Part shown: piece by piece, positions 38,515 through 49,200 of the stretch
Numbering within the stretch: the first letter of the stretch is position 1
Layout: each line of letters starts with the position of its first letter
Assembly (NCBI GenBank): GCA_017383485.1
Contig: JAFNXM010000027.1
Span: 64,739-128,738 of the forward strand
Origin: Bacteroidaceae bacterium
Lineage (GTDB): Bacteria > Bacteroidota > Bacteroidia > Bacteroidales > Bacteroidaceae
Length of the DNA: 64,000 bases
Reading direction: 5' to 3'
Notes under the pieces: generated by a model
Seen by the model: only the letters and a program-made list of their open reading frames with translations
Told to the model about the DNA's origin: nothing
Database searches by the model: none
Translations under genes and position numbers: made by a program

Positions 38515-41426
38515 AACTTGTCAAAATATACATAGCACTTCTGGCGATTTGCCTCTTGCTTCCTGCCTGTTCTACAAAGAAGAATACGGCGGGTTCAAGG
38601 TTTTGGCATTCTTTCACGACGAGATATAATGTCTTTTTCAACGGCAATGAGGCCTACAAAAAAGGCTGCGAAACAAAGGAGAACGGCAACAAGGACAATT
38701 ATACTGAGATCATCCCTGTGTTCATGGTGGGCAATGAAAGTTCAGCTACCCTTGGCAGCACAAACTTTGACATCGCCATCACCAAGTGTGAGAAATCTAT
38801 ACAATTGCACTCTATAAAGAAGCGCCCCAAGGTAGATGCGGGAAAGAAACAAACACCTAAGATGAAGGCGTATTTGGCACGTAAGGAATTTAATCCTTTC
38901 CTGAAGAACGCCTGGTTATTGATGGGCAAAGCGCAATTTCAAAAGGGTGATTTCTCCGCCGCCTCGGCTACATTCTCCTACATCACGCGCCTCTATGCCG
39001 CCGAGCCCTTGGTAGCCAACGAAGCCCGCATCTGGCAAGCCCGTTGCTACTCGGCACTGGATTGGTATTACGACGCAGAAGAAAGCCTGTCGGCAGCAGA
39101 GCGCGACACTTTGGACAAAGCACTCGGCATATTAAGAGACGCAACCAAGGCTGACTTGTTATTACAACAAGGCAAAATTGCCGACGCCCTACCCTATTTG
39201 GCAAATGCCGCCGACGCCGAGAAAAATAAGATTAAGAAAGCGCGACTCTACTTCCTCCTGGGACAAATTTACCAAAAGGAAGGACGTTCGCAAGAGGCCT
39301 ACAAAGCATTAGGCAAGTGCATCAAGCTCAGTCCGCCCTATGAACTTTCGTTCAACGCTCAGATCATGCAAACAGAGGTACTGAGTGAAGGTCAAAATGC
39401 TTCGGGAATGATCAAACGCCTCAAGAAGATGGCGAAATCTTCCAAGAACAAAGAATATTTGGACCAGGTCTATTTTGCTATGGGTAATATCCACATGGCA
39501 CAAATGGACACCTCGACTGCAATATCAGCTTATGAAAAGGGCAGAAAGGAAAGTACACGCAATGGCATATAAAAGGGCGTGCTTGTCTTGCGTTTGGCTG
39601 AGCTCTACTGGAATATGGGCCGTTACGACAAGGCGCAGGGTTGTTACACCGAAGCCATATCTTTGTTGGACAAGAACTTTGAAGGTTACGAAGCAATCAA
39701 CCTCCGCTCAAAAGTTCTCGACGAGTTGGTACCACACACCAACGCCATTTATCTGCAAGATAGTTTGCTCCACCTCTCCACCCTGCCCGAAGCGGAATAT
39801 ACCAAGGCCATCGACCGCGTGATCGAGGAGTTGAAGCGCAAGGAAGAGGAGGAAAGGAAAGCTCGCGCCGACTCGGCAGCAGATGCCCGCCGCGCAGAAA
39901 ATGCAGGCAACACCATGCGCCCAGGAGGCAACGTTGCCAACCAAGGCGCCAATGCAGCGATGGGACAAAGCAAGGAGTGGTATTTCTACAATCCTATGCT
40001 CGTGGCACAAGGTAAGCAGGACTTCCGCCAAACCTGGGGCGCGAGGAAAAATGAAGACGACTGGCGCCGCTCGAACAAGACTGTCCTGGCACAAATCGAT
40101 ACCGACGAGATAGACTATGCCGCCGAAGATTCACTGGCAGCACTACAAGACAGCCTAGATGCTTTGGGTGAAGGAAAGGCTACGACATCTGCTGAGGATT
40201 CGCTGGCGAATGATCCGCACAATCGCGAATACTATTTGAAGCAGATCCCATTCTCAGAAGAGGCGAAACAGGAAGCTCACAACATCATCAAGGATGGATT
40301 GTACAATGCAGGATTGATCGAAAAGGACAAGTTGGAAGATTTCCCCTTAGCGGCGAAAACGCTGACACGCCTCTGCACAGATTATCCCGAATGCAAGGAA
40401 CGCGAAGATGCGCTCTACCAATTATTCCTGCTCTACTCCCGCTGGGGAAATAAAGAGAAGGCTGAACACTACAAAGCCCAACTCGCCCGAGAATATCCCG
40501 AAGGTGCTATGACACGCGTCATCACTGATCCGAACTACGAATATACGGCACGCTATGCTCGCGAGATAGAAGATTCGCTCTACACGGCGACCTATGCAGC
40601 CTATCGTGCACAAGAGCGCGACAAGGTAGATGCCAATTTCGAGCGCTCCACTCAGCAATTCCCCTTGGGTCTGAATCGTCCGAAGTTCATCTTTGTCCAT
40701 GCCCTCAACCGCATTGGTCGTGACAAGAATGAGGAGATTGCCGAGGAATTGAGAAAGTTGGTGCAAGACTTCCCCAAGAGTGATGTGAGCGAGATGGCAG
40801 GCCTTATCGTCAAGGGGCTGGAAAGCGGTCGCACCATCGGCGAAGGGGTCTACGACATCGGCTCGCTGTGGACACGCAGAAGCAGCGAGGCGCGCAAGGC
40901 CGGCGAAGAGGCCGCTGCGACCAAGCAATTCTCAGCCGAACGTATTGCACCCTACATCTGCATCGTAGCCTACCCCACAGGCAGCCTGAACGACAATCAA
41001 TTGCTATACGATTTGGCGCATTTCAACTTCACCGGCTTTATGGTGCGCGGTTTTGATCTTTCGATACAGCGAGACCGAGAAATCACGCAGTTCCGCATTG
41101 CAGGCTTTAACAGTTATGACGAGGCACACACCTACGCTCAAAAGTTATACGCTTCGCCGACGCTCAACAACAAACTGAGCGAAGCGCGTCTCGTCATCAT
41201 TTCCAGGGAAAATATGGAGTTGCTTGGCACGTATTATAGTTTCGACGAATACAAGGAATTCTACGAAAAGAACTTCGCACCGCTCAATATTTCACCCGAA
41301 CTGATACTCGATGGCGAAGAGGAAGTTATCGAACAACGCTACGAAGACGAATACTCGCCCGAAGAACTAGAACGCATGAAACAAGGCGAAGAAACGAGCG
41401 ACGACGAAGGCGGCGAATGGTATTAA
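38511..41426 (+). pseudogene. porW: PorW/SprE TPR lipoprotein interrupted by one in-frame TAA (39570-39572)
   Basis: Lipobox LPAC-STKKNT..RFWHSFTTRYNVFFNG, TPR repeats, WYFYNP..WGARKNEDDWRR. ORFs 38511-39572 and 39579-41426 are in the same frame. Confidence 0.75.
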
Positions 41427-41593
41427 GCCCGAGACGTAGCACTAAAAGCGGCAGACAGAGGCACACCAGGCATAGACATCACAGGGGCCACCTCAAAGTC
41501 TAACGAAAAGAGCCCTGGCCAATGCGAAGATATATGTATTCAAAATAAACAAACGCAAGACATCACAACCTCAAAATATCAAACCTATAGTAT

Positions 41594-42199
41594 ATGGATT
41601 TTCAATATTTACTCTCTCGCCTTGATTGGCAACAAATGCTCAGCGCATTCATCGTATTGTTTGCCGTAATCGACGTACTGGGTTCCACCCCCATCTTCAT
41701 TAACCTGAAGGACAAAGGTCGCCCCGTCAATGCCACCAAAGCCACACTTATCTCGACAGCTTTGATGGTAGCCTTCTACTTTGCCGGCGACGTCATCCTC
41801 AAACTCTTCAGCGTCGACATCGAATCCTTCGCCGTAGCAGGTTCGATAGTCATCTTCCTGATGGCACTCGAAATGATCCTGGATATCGAAATCTTCAAGA
41901 ACCTTGGTCCTATCAAGGAAGCCACGCTCATCCCCGTCGTATTCCCTCTGCTGGCAGGCCCCGGCTCATTCACTACCCTGCTTTCGCTGCGCGCTGAATA
42001 CGCCACACCCAACATTATGATTGGCCTGATCGTCAATATGATATTCGTCTTTATCGTGCTCAAAGCTACCGACAAAGTCGAAGCTATCATATCCAAGAGC
42101 ACCATTTACCTGATGCGAAAATTCTTTGGCATCATCCTCCTGGCCATTGCTGTGCGTCTGTTTACATCTAACCTGCAATCACTTTTGGCACACCTGTAA
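41594..42199 (+). CDS. MarC family membrane protein
   Basis: LFAVIDVLG..P, FAVAGS, PVVFPLLAGPG, KFFGIILLAIAV. Confidence 0.92.
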   Translation: MDFQYLLSRLDWQQMLSAFIVLFAVIDVLGSTPIFINLKDKGRPVNATKATLISTALMVAFYFAGDVILKLFSVDIESFAVAGSIVIFLMALEMILDIEIFKNLGPIKEATLIPVVFPLLAGPGSFTTLLSLRAEYATPNIMIGLIVNMIFVFIVLKATDKVEAIISKSTIYLMRKFFGIILLAIAVRLFTSNLQSLLAHL

Positions 42200-42264
42200 T
42201 CACTAGTCACCAATATTGAGTGTACGAGAGCGCTCATACATACATTGAAACAAGGCACTGTTTT

Positions 42265-42369
42265 AAGCTCCCAAGATCTCCTCAAAAAAAGTCAAGGGCT
42301 CGTTTAAAAAAGTCAAGACCTTTTTCAAAAAAACCAAGACCTTTTTTAAATTTGGTCTTGGTTTTTTTC
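42265..42369. repeat. 21-bp unit array 6
   Basis: 42286 aaaaagtcaagggctcgttta / 42307 aaaaagtcaagacctttttca / 42328 aaaaaaccaagacctttttta / 42349 aatttggtcttggtttttttc. Confidence 0.85.
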
Positions 42370-42466
42370 GTTGCTCGCAAACGTCTGAATCACAACATCT
42401 CACCTCCGACATACGATTTATATATATAGGTGTTTGAATTTCAATTTTTTTTCTTATTTTTGCACT

Positions 42467-43519
42467 ATGATTCAAGACTATAAAGCCTCAATACTTATCA
42501 TCTATACCGGCGGTACTATCGGTATGATTGAAAATCCTGAGACTGGTGCCCTCGAAAATTTCGACTGGGAACAGTTTCGCCATTACGTGCCCGAACTCAA
42601 GCGCTTTGATTATCAAATCGACGCCGTGATGTTCGAACGTCCTATCGATTCGAGCGATATGGAGCCTAAGTATTGGGTAAAAATGGTCGAGATGATTAGC
42701 GACAACTACGAGCAATATGATGGTTTCGTCATCCTGCACGGCACGGACACAATGGCCTTCACAGCTTCAGCGCTGAGCTTTATGCTCGAAAATATAGGTA
42801 AGCCCGTCATCATCACAGGTTCGCAATTGCCCATCGGACAGTTGCGCACGGATGGCAAGGAAAACCTCCTGACTTCGATAGAAATTGCCGCTGCTCGCAA
42901 TCATGCTGGCGAACCTATGGTACCCGAGGTGTGCATCTTCTTCGAAAACCAGTTGCTCCGCGGAAATCGTACCACCAAAATCAATGCCGAGGGTTTCAAT
43001 GCCTTTCGCTCGTACAACTATCCCGCTTTGGCACATGCAGGCATTCACATCAAATACGAAAATCATCTGATTCGTCGCCCCGATCCTACGCGCCGCTTTC
43101 AGCCACACTATTTGATGGACAACAACCTGCTCATCCTAACCCTCTTTCCCGGCATGCGCCAGGAAATCATCGACACTATTCTGGACCAAAAGGACCTGAA
43201 AGCCGTAGTCCTCAAGACCTTTGGCTCGGGCAATGCGCCACAGAAGCCATGGTTCTTCAATCGCTTGAAAGAATTGGCTGAGCGCGGCGTCATCATCGTC
43301 AATACCACACAATGTTCTACGGGTACTGTGGAAATGCACCGTTACGAAACGGGGCTGCAATTGCTACAAGCTGGCGCGGTGAATGGTTACGATTCGACTA
43401 TGGAAAGTACCGTAGCTAAACTGATGTTCCTGCTCGGACACGGCTACTCCAACCAAAAGATTTTGGAACTGATGAACACCGATATCGCTGGCGAAATTAC
43501 TATCGAAGAAGATTTGTAA
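42467..43519 (+). CDS. ansA: type I L-asparaginase
   Basis: IYTGGTIGM, IDSS, LHGTDTM, TGSQLP, FGSGN. Confidence 0.95.
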   Translation: MIQDYKASILIIYTGGTIGMIENPETGALENFDWEQFRHYVPELKRFDYQIDAVMFERPIDSSDMEPKYWVKMVEMISDNYEQYDGFVILHGTDTMAFTASALSFMLENIGKPVIITGSQLPIGQLRTDGKENLLTSIEIAAARNHAGEPMVPEVCIFFENQLLRGNRTTKINAEGFNAFRSYNYPALAHAGIHIKYENHLIRRPDPTRRFQPHYLMDNNLLILTLFPGMRQEIIDTILDQKDLKAVVLKTFGSGNAPQKPWFFNRLKELAERGVIIVNTTQCSTGTVEMHRYETGLQLLQAGAVNGYDSTMESTVAKLMFLLGHGYSNQKILELMNTDIAGEITIEEDL

Positions 43520-43585
43520 GACCCAAGACGCCACTCCTCCCCAAGAGTTTAAAGACTTCAAAGGGCCTCATCCCCAAACATACAC

Positions 43586-43620
43586 AGAGACACCTTATAT
43601 ATATGGGGCGTCTCTTTTTT
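43586..43620 (+). terminator. terminator after ansA
   Basis: AGAGACACCTTAT..ATGGGGCGTCTCT followed by a T-run. Confidence 0.6.
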
Positions 43621-43634
43621 AATTATTACCACTC

Positions 43635-44741
43635 ATGAAACTCATCCACTCCTTTATATTTCTGCTACTCACGTTGTGCCTATCCTGCAGCAAAAGCGAA
43701 CTGCAAGTAGGTCGCGGCATGCAATATGCCACCTTGCTCCACCTGGATCAGGGCGAGGGTTACGTACAAGCAGAAGTGGTGAATCCATGGAACGCCCAAG
43801 AGATTCTGGCACGCTACATTTTGGTACCAAAGGGCGCAGAATTGCCAGCAAATCTACCCCAGGGCACACTGCTCCGCACGCCGCTCGAGCGCACCATCTC
43901 CCTGTCTTCCCTACACGCCGCATTGGCGATAGAACTCGGCGCAGCGGAAAAAATCTGCGCCCTGGCCGACACCGCTTTCGTCGTATCGCCCGCAGTGCGC
44001 CAACTATTGCAAACAGGGAATATTCAGTCGGTGGGATCATCCATGCAACCCGATAAAGAAAGACTGACGGCCCTGCAAGCAGATGCTATCCTGGCTTCAC
44101 CCTACGAAGGCGCCAATGTATCGGCCAACCTCCCCACGAGAACACCCGCAGTCCTGTGTGCAGACTATATGGAAACGTCAGCACTGGGGCGTGCTGAATG
44201 GATGAAATTCTATGGCCTGCTATGGGGCAAGTCAGATGTGGCAGACTCGTTATTTGATGCCGTCGAAACGGAATACCTGGCACTTTGTCAGAAAGCACAG
44301 CAAGCCACAAAACGCCCCCGTCTGATTTGCGACACAAAAGAGGGCGCATCTTGGCCAACACCTGGCGGGAACAGTTACCTTGGACAACTTTTTGCAGATG
44401 CAGGCGCAGACTACATCTTCGCACACCGTCCCGAAAATGGTACAGCCTTTCTCTCCCAGGAAGAAGTCATCGCACAGGGTTTGCAAAGCGAAGTTTGGCT
44501 GATCAAATACGGCGCAACGACGCCCCTAACCTACGCCAAGCTAAGCCAAGACTTTCCACAAAGCAAAGAGTTTCTGGCTTACAAAAATCGAAACATTTGG
44601 AGCTGTAACACGTTCCATACGGCCTACTACGACGAAGTCCCCTTTCATCCCGAAAGACTACTGCGCGACCTCATCTCACTATTGCATCCCGAACTCTTGA
44701 CAGGGCACAAAATGTTGTATTATCAGAGATTATCAGAATAA
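43635..44741 (+). CDS. ABC substrate-binding lipoprotein (BtuF/iron-siderophore type)
   Basis: Lipobox CLSC, DYMETSALGRAEWMKFYG, LFADAGA, P.RLLRDLI..LHPE. Confidence 0.85.
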   Translation: MKLIHSFIFLLLTLCLSCSKSELQVGRGMQYATLLHLDQGEGYVQAEVVNPWNAQEILARYILVPKGAELPANLPQGTLLRTPLERTISLSSLHAALAIELGAAEKICALADTAFVVSPAVRQLLQTGNIQSVGSSMQPDKERLTALQADAILASPYEGANVSANLPTRTPAVLCADYMETSALGRAEWMKFYGLLWGKSDVADSLFDAVETEYLALCQKAQQATKRPRLICDTKEGASWPTPGGNSYLGQLFADAGADYIFAHRPENGTAFLSQEEVIAQGLQSEVWLIKYGATTPLTYAKLSQDFPQSKEFLAYKNRNIWSCNTFHTAYYDEVPFHPERLLRDLISLLHPELLTGHKMLYYQRLSE

Positions 44742-44815
44742 TCAGGAACCCTGAAAACTCCGAGTTCTCAAAATCCCCTCTATCCAGAAAGATCTAACAC
44801 CGATTAACCTCACCA

Positions 44816-45814
44816 ATGAAATATATCCCCTACATCCTACTCCCACTGCTGATTCTGCTCAACCTGTTCTGGGGCAGCACAGACCTTGCCGCCGTAGAAA
44901 TATGGCAAGCCTTGTGCGGCAATGCTCCTGCAGACAGCGCAGCACAATACATCGTGTGCGAATTGCGCGTGCCGATGATCATCACAGCACTGCTGGCAGG
45001 GGGTGCCTTGGGCATCGTGGGCCTGTTGATGCAGACCTTGTTCAACAATCCCCTGGCCGACCCTTCGATCCTCGGTGTCAATGCCGGCGCAAGCCTTGGT
45101 GTAGGCGTGGCGACCCTTTGCCTTGGAGGCGTTGGGATAGGCAGCGCATGGTCCGTCAGTGGCTTCAGTATCACGATAGCAGCCGCATTTGTCGGCGCAC
45201 TTATTGTTATAGCCCTACTCCTTGGTTGCGCGCTACTGTTACGTAGCAATATGATGCTTTTGGTCGCAGGCGTAATGATCAGCTATGCTATTAGTGCCGT
45301 CGTCACCCTGCTCAGTTACTTCGCCAGCGCCGACGGATTGCGACAATACGTATCCTGGGGAATGGGCGACTTCACCAGCGTCAGCACAGATGCTCTGCCG
45401 TGGTTTGCGATTCTGATATTAATCGGTCTGGGCCTATCCTTCCTTTTCATCAAACCCCTCAACGCACTACTACTGGGCGAACAATATGCACAAAACCTTG
45501 GGTTCCGCATCCACCGCCTACGCTGGGGCATACTCCTGCTGGTCGGTCTGCTCACAGCCGTTTGCACAGCGCTCTGTGGACCAATAGGTTTCATCGGCCT
45601 AGCCGTGCCACACATCGCACGTCTGACACTGCGCACAGCCAATCACCGCACGCTCATCCCTACGACCATCCTGTGGGGTGCCAGCGCCACCCTGTTGTGC
45701 AATGCTCTGACCTTGGTCGCAGGTGGTGGCGTCCGTTTGCCCATTAATGCCATCACGCCACTACTTGGTGTACCCGTGGCAATATATATATTAATGAAAG
45801 GGAGACAGCGCTAA
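44816..45814 (+). CDS. FecCD/BtuC family ABC permease
   Basis: GLLMQTLFNNPLADPSILGV.AGA, LLGEQYAQNLG, GPIGFIGLAVPHIAR. Confidence 0.92.
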   Translation: MKYIPYILLPLLILLNLFWGSTDLAAVEIWQALCGNAPADSAAQYIVCELRVPMIITALLAGGALGIVGLLMQTLFNNPLADPSILGVNAGASLGVGVATLCLGGVGIGSAWSVSGFSITIAAAFVGALIVIALLLGCALLLRSNMMLLVAGVMISYAISAVVTLLSYFASADGLRQYVSWGMGDFTSVSTDALPWFAILILIGLGLSFLFIKPLNALLLGEQYAQNLGFRIHRLRWGILLLVGLLTAVCTALCGPIGFIGLAVPHIARLTLRTANHRTLIPTTILWGASATLLCNALTLVAGGGVRLPINAITPLLGVPVAIYILMKGRQR

Positions 45815-45923
45815 AGCCTCAATGTCCTTGAAAGGACTTTCAATAAAAATAAATAGGATTTATACCTGCACTTCACTACCTTTTCGCTAAATTTGCAAAA
45901 TAACAGAAAAACACATCTTTAAT

Positions 45924-46844
45924 ATGAACAGCATACAAAACTTTTCGGCCCTGGTGGACCACTTGAAAGCGAATGAAAAGAAACTGCGCATCGCAGTAGT
46001 GTGTGGATCGGATGAAAGCACTCTGACTGCCGTCGAACGTGCACTGAGCGAGGGCTTCGCAGAAGTGATCTTCTCGGGACATACCGAACGAATTCAACAA
46101 CGCGAGTCGTTGGCGCAATATGCCGACCTGATCACCTATGTCGTACCTACTGGCGAGACTGACGCAGATGCGGCAAAGGATGCCGTACAGTTGGTGCGCA
46201 ATGGCGAAGCAGATATCTTGATGAAAGGCCTGGTGAATACCGATGTACTACTGCGCGCCGTGCTCAATAAGGAAGAGGGACTATTGCCTCGCGGCAAGGT
46301 ATTGACACACGTTACCCTGGCACAGTTGCCACAATTGGATCATTTGTTGTTCTTCACCGACGTGGCGGTGATGCCTTACCCTACCCAGGAGCAACGTGCA
46401 GCACAGATCGAATACACCACAGCACTGTGTCATGCAATGGGTATTGAATGTCCGAAGATTTCGCTGATACACTGTTCGGAAAAGGTGAGCGACAAGTTCC
46501 CTCACACCGTAGGTTATGCAGAATTGAAGGAACGTGCTGCGGCTGGCGAATGGGGCAAGTGCATCGTGGACGGACCATTGGATGTACGCACTTCGCTCGA
46601 CGCCGAAACGCTGCACACCAAGGGTATCGTATCTCCACTCGAGGGTAAGGCAGATGTACTGGTATTCCCCGATATCGAGGCCGGCAATGCATTCTACAAG
46701 ACCATCACACTGCTCTGCGGCGGCGACGTAGCAGGCATGCTCTGCGGCACAGTTTGCCCCGTAGTATTGCCTTCACGCGGTGATAGCGCCAGCGACAAAT
46801 TCTACAGTTTGGCATTCGCAGCTATTGGTTGCGGAGTGCAATAA
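45924..46844 (+). CDS. ptb: phosphate butyryltransferase / phosphate acyltransferase
   Basis: ADILMKG.V.T..LLRAVL, VDGPLD, PDIEAGN.FYK, PVVLPSRGDS. Confidence 0.88.
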   Translation: MNSIQNFSALVDHLKANEKKLRIAVVCGSDESTLTAVERALSEGFAEVIFSGHTERIQQRESLAQYADLITYVVPTGETDADAAKDAVQLVRNGEADILMKGLVNTDVLLRAVLNKEEGLLPRGKVLTHVTLAQLPQLDHLLFFTDVAVMPYPTQEQRAAQIEYTTALCHAMGIECPKISLIHCSEKVSDKFPHTVGYAELKERAAAGEWGKCIVDGPLDVRTSLDAETLHTKGIVSPLEGKADVLVFPDIEAGNAFYKTITLLCGGDVAGMLCGTVCPVVLPSRGDSASDKFYSLAFAAIGCGVQ

Positions 46845-46874
46845 AACTTGTCCTAAAAAATACATCAACATATT

Positions 46875-47942
46875 ATGTCAGCAAAGATACTAGTCATCAA
46901 TCCAGGTTCGACCTCGACCAAAATCGCCGTTTACGAAAGCGAAAATCCTGTAATGGTGCGCAATATTCCCCACTCTACGGAGGAATTGAAGCAGTTCGCC
47001 AAAATCACAGATCAACTGGGCTTTCGCCGAGACTTGGTCATCGCAGAATTGGAGAAGTTGAACATCCCATTTCAGTTTGACATCATCATCGGCCGCGGCG
47101 GATTGTCAAAACCCGTCAAGGGCGGCGTGTATCGTGTGAACAAGCAGATGTGCGACGACACCTATCACGCCATTCGTACTCACGCCTGCAATTTGGGTTG
47201 CAGTATCGCCTACGAACTGGCCAACCGAATCCCAAACTGCATCCCTATGATTGCCGATCCGGGTATGGTGGACGAGTTGGCAGATGTCGCTCGCATCACA
47301 GGTTCGCCTCTGATGCCACGTATTCCGATTTGGCACGCGCTGAATCAAAGAGCTATCGCACGCCGCTTCGCTAAGGAGCAAGGCAAGAAGTACGAAGAAC
47401 TGAACCTGATCGTTTGCCACATGGGCGGCGGTATCTCGATTGCTGCACACGAGCAGGGATGGGCTGTGGATGCCAATAACGCCTTGGACGGCGAAGGGCC
47501 TTTCTCACCAGAACGCTCGGGCACTTTGCCTGCAGCAGACCTGATCCATCTGTGCTATAGCGGTAAGTATACGAAAGAGGAACTGTTGAAGCGCATAGCA
47601 GGTCAAGCAGGATTGGTAGCACACCTGGGCACGACTAATGTGAAGGAAATGATCGAACAAATCGAACAGGGTGACAAGAAAGTGGAGCTACTGATCAATG
47701 CCATGATCTATCAGGTAGCTAAATCTATCGCTGCTCAAGGTGCCGTGCTCTGTGGCAAAGTGGATGCGATCCTTATCACCGGTGGCATTGCCTACTCAGA
47801 ATATATCATGTCGCGCTTGAAGGAGCGTATTGGATACCTTGCGCCGATACATATCTATCCAGGCGAGGACGAAATGGAAGCTTTGGCGCTCAATGCCCTC
47901 GGCGTGTGGCGCGGAGAGTTGAAGATGCAGGAGTATGTATAG
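46875..47942 (+). CDS. buk: butyrate kinase
   Basis: INPGSTSTK, GRGGL, HALNQRA, HMGGGIS, GEGPFSPERSG, PGEDEMEALA. Confidence 0.95.
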   Translation: MSAKILVINPGSTSTKIAVYESENPVMVRNIPHSTEELKQFAKITDQLGFRRDLVIAELEKLNIPFQFDIIIGRGGLSKPVKGGVYRVNKQMCDDTYHAIRTHACNLGCSIAYELANRIPNCIPMIADPGMVDELADVARITGSPLMPRIPIWHALNQRAIARRFAKEQGKKYEELNLIVCHMGGGISIAAHEQGWAVDANNALDGEGPFSPERSGTLPAADLIHLCYSGKYTKEELLKRIAGQAGLVAHLGTTNVKEMIEQIEQGDKKVELLINAMIYQVAKSIAAQGAVLCGKVDAILITGGIAYSEYIMSRLKERIGYLAPIHIYPGEDEMEALALNALGVWRGELKMQEYV

Positions 47943-48202
47943 GTGAGATGCCGGATTGGAGAAGAGACATCGTGCGGAATACCCCTGATGAAAATTCACC
48001 TCCTATATATAATAAGGAACGCGTGCGCGTGATCATTCACACTGCAAAGATACATCATACCGCATGCTGCATTCATCTTAATCGTGCTTTAGCATTTCAC
48101 AGATTGCCCGTATTGTGCGCTGAAACATCTGTATTGACTATATAGGTGGAAGGGCTATAAAAAAACATTTTTTATTTTCCCCTATCATTTATCACCCTGA
48201 AA

Positions 48203-48252
48203 CAGGCAGGAGACATTGCGTTTTGTACAATGTCTCCTGCCTGCTTTTTTTT
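48203..48252 (+). terminator. terminator after ptb-buk
   Basis: CAGGCAGGAGACATTG...CAATGTCTCCTGCCTG followed by T8. Confidence 0.85.
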
Positions 48253-48332
48253 GAGCAAGTACACTGGCCCACGAGGCCGAAGTACTAACACCTATACCCA
48301 AGAAGAAACGCCCAAGAGAAACATGGATGAAG

Positions 48333-48375
48333 AATAAAGAAAAGGTGCGACACCCACAAAGGGATGTCGCACCTT
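48333..48375 (-). terminator. terminator after frdB
   Basis: AAGGTGCGACA-CCC..GGG-ATGTCGCACCTT with an A-rich left flank. Confidence 0.75.
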
Positions 48376-48415
48376 GATATTGTGCTTAGTCTCACTCGGG
48401 AGACGTTGCTACGAA

Positions 48416-49174
48416 TTAGTCAGCCAACTTAGCCTTGATAAATTCGCGGTTCAAGCGAGCGATGTTAGCGATGCTTTCGTTCTTAGGACATACAGCTTCG
48501 CAAGCACGAGTGTTGGTACAGTTACCGAAACCGAGCTCGTCCATCTTAGCCACCATAGCCTTAGCACGCTTAGCTGCTTCGGGGCGACCTTGTGGGAGGA
48601 GTGCGAATTGAGATACCTTAGAACTTACATAAAGCATAGCAGAACCGTTCTTACATGCTGCAACGCAAGCACCACAACCGATACATGTAGCGCAGTCCAT
48701 AGCTTCGTCAGCATCTTGCTTAGGAATGAGGATTGCGTTAGCATCTTGTGGCTGGCCAGTACGTACTGTAACGTAACCACCAGCAGCCTGGATCTTGTCG
48801 AAAGCAGAGCGGTCTACCATACAGTCCTTGATCACAGGGAATGCAGCAGAGCGCCATGGTTCAACAGTTATCACGTCGCCGTCGTTGAAACGACGCATGT
48901 ACAATTGGCAAGTAGTAGCACCAGTTGCAGTCTTACCATGAGGTGTACCATTGATATACAATGAACACATACCGCAGATACCTTCGCGGCAGTCGTGGTC
49001 GAATACGAATGGTTCTTTACCATCGTTGATCAACTCCTCATTGAGGATGTCGAGCATTTCAAGGAAGGAAGTATCATCGGGGATGTTCTTCATCTCACGT
49101 TGCTCAAAGTGACCCTTATCCTTAGGACCATTCTGCTTCCAGTATTTAATTGTAAAGCTTATATTTTTAGCCAT
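48416..49174 (-). CDS. frdB: fumarate reductase/succinate dehydrogenase Fe-S subunit
   Basis: DCREGICGMC, CIGCGACVAAC, CTNTRACEAVCPK. Confidence 0.95.
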   Translation of the reverse strand: MAKNISFTIKYWKQNGPKDKGHFEQREMKNIPDDTSFLEMLDILNEELINDGKEPFVFDHDCREGICGMCSLYINGTPHGKTATGATTCQLYMRRFNDGDVITVEPWRSAAFPVIKDCMVDRSAFDKIQAAGGYVTVRTGQPQDANAILIPKQDADEAMDCATCIGCGACVAACKNGSAMLYVSSKVSQFALLPQGRPEAAKRAKAMVAKMDELGFGNCTNTRACEAVCPKNESIANIARLNREFIKAKLAD

Positions 49175-49200
49175 TTTGATTCAAATTTTGGAGTTGACAA

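Noticed and set aside
39570-39572. Alternative genetic code (TAA read-through)
   Set aside because: Most other genes in the window end in TAA, and no other in-frame stops were seen.
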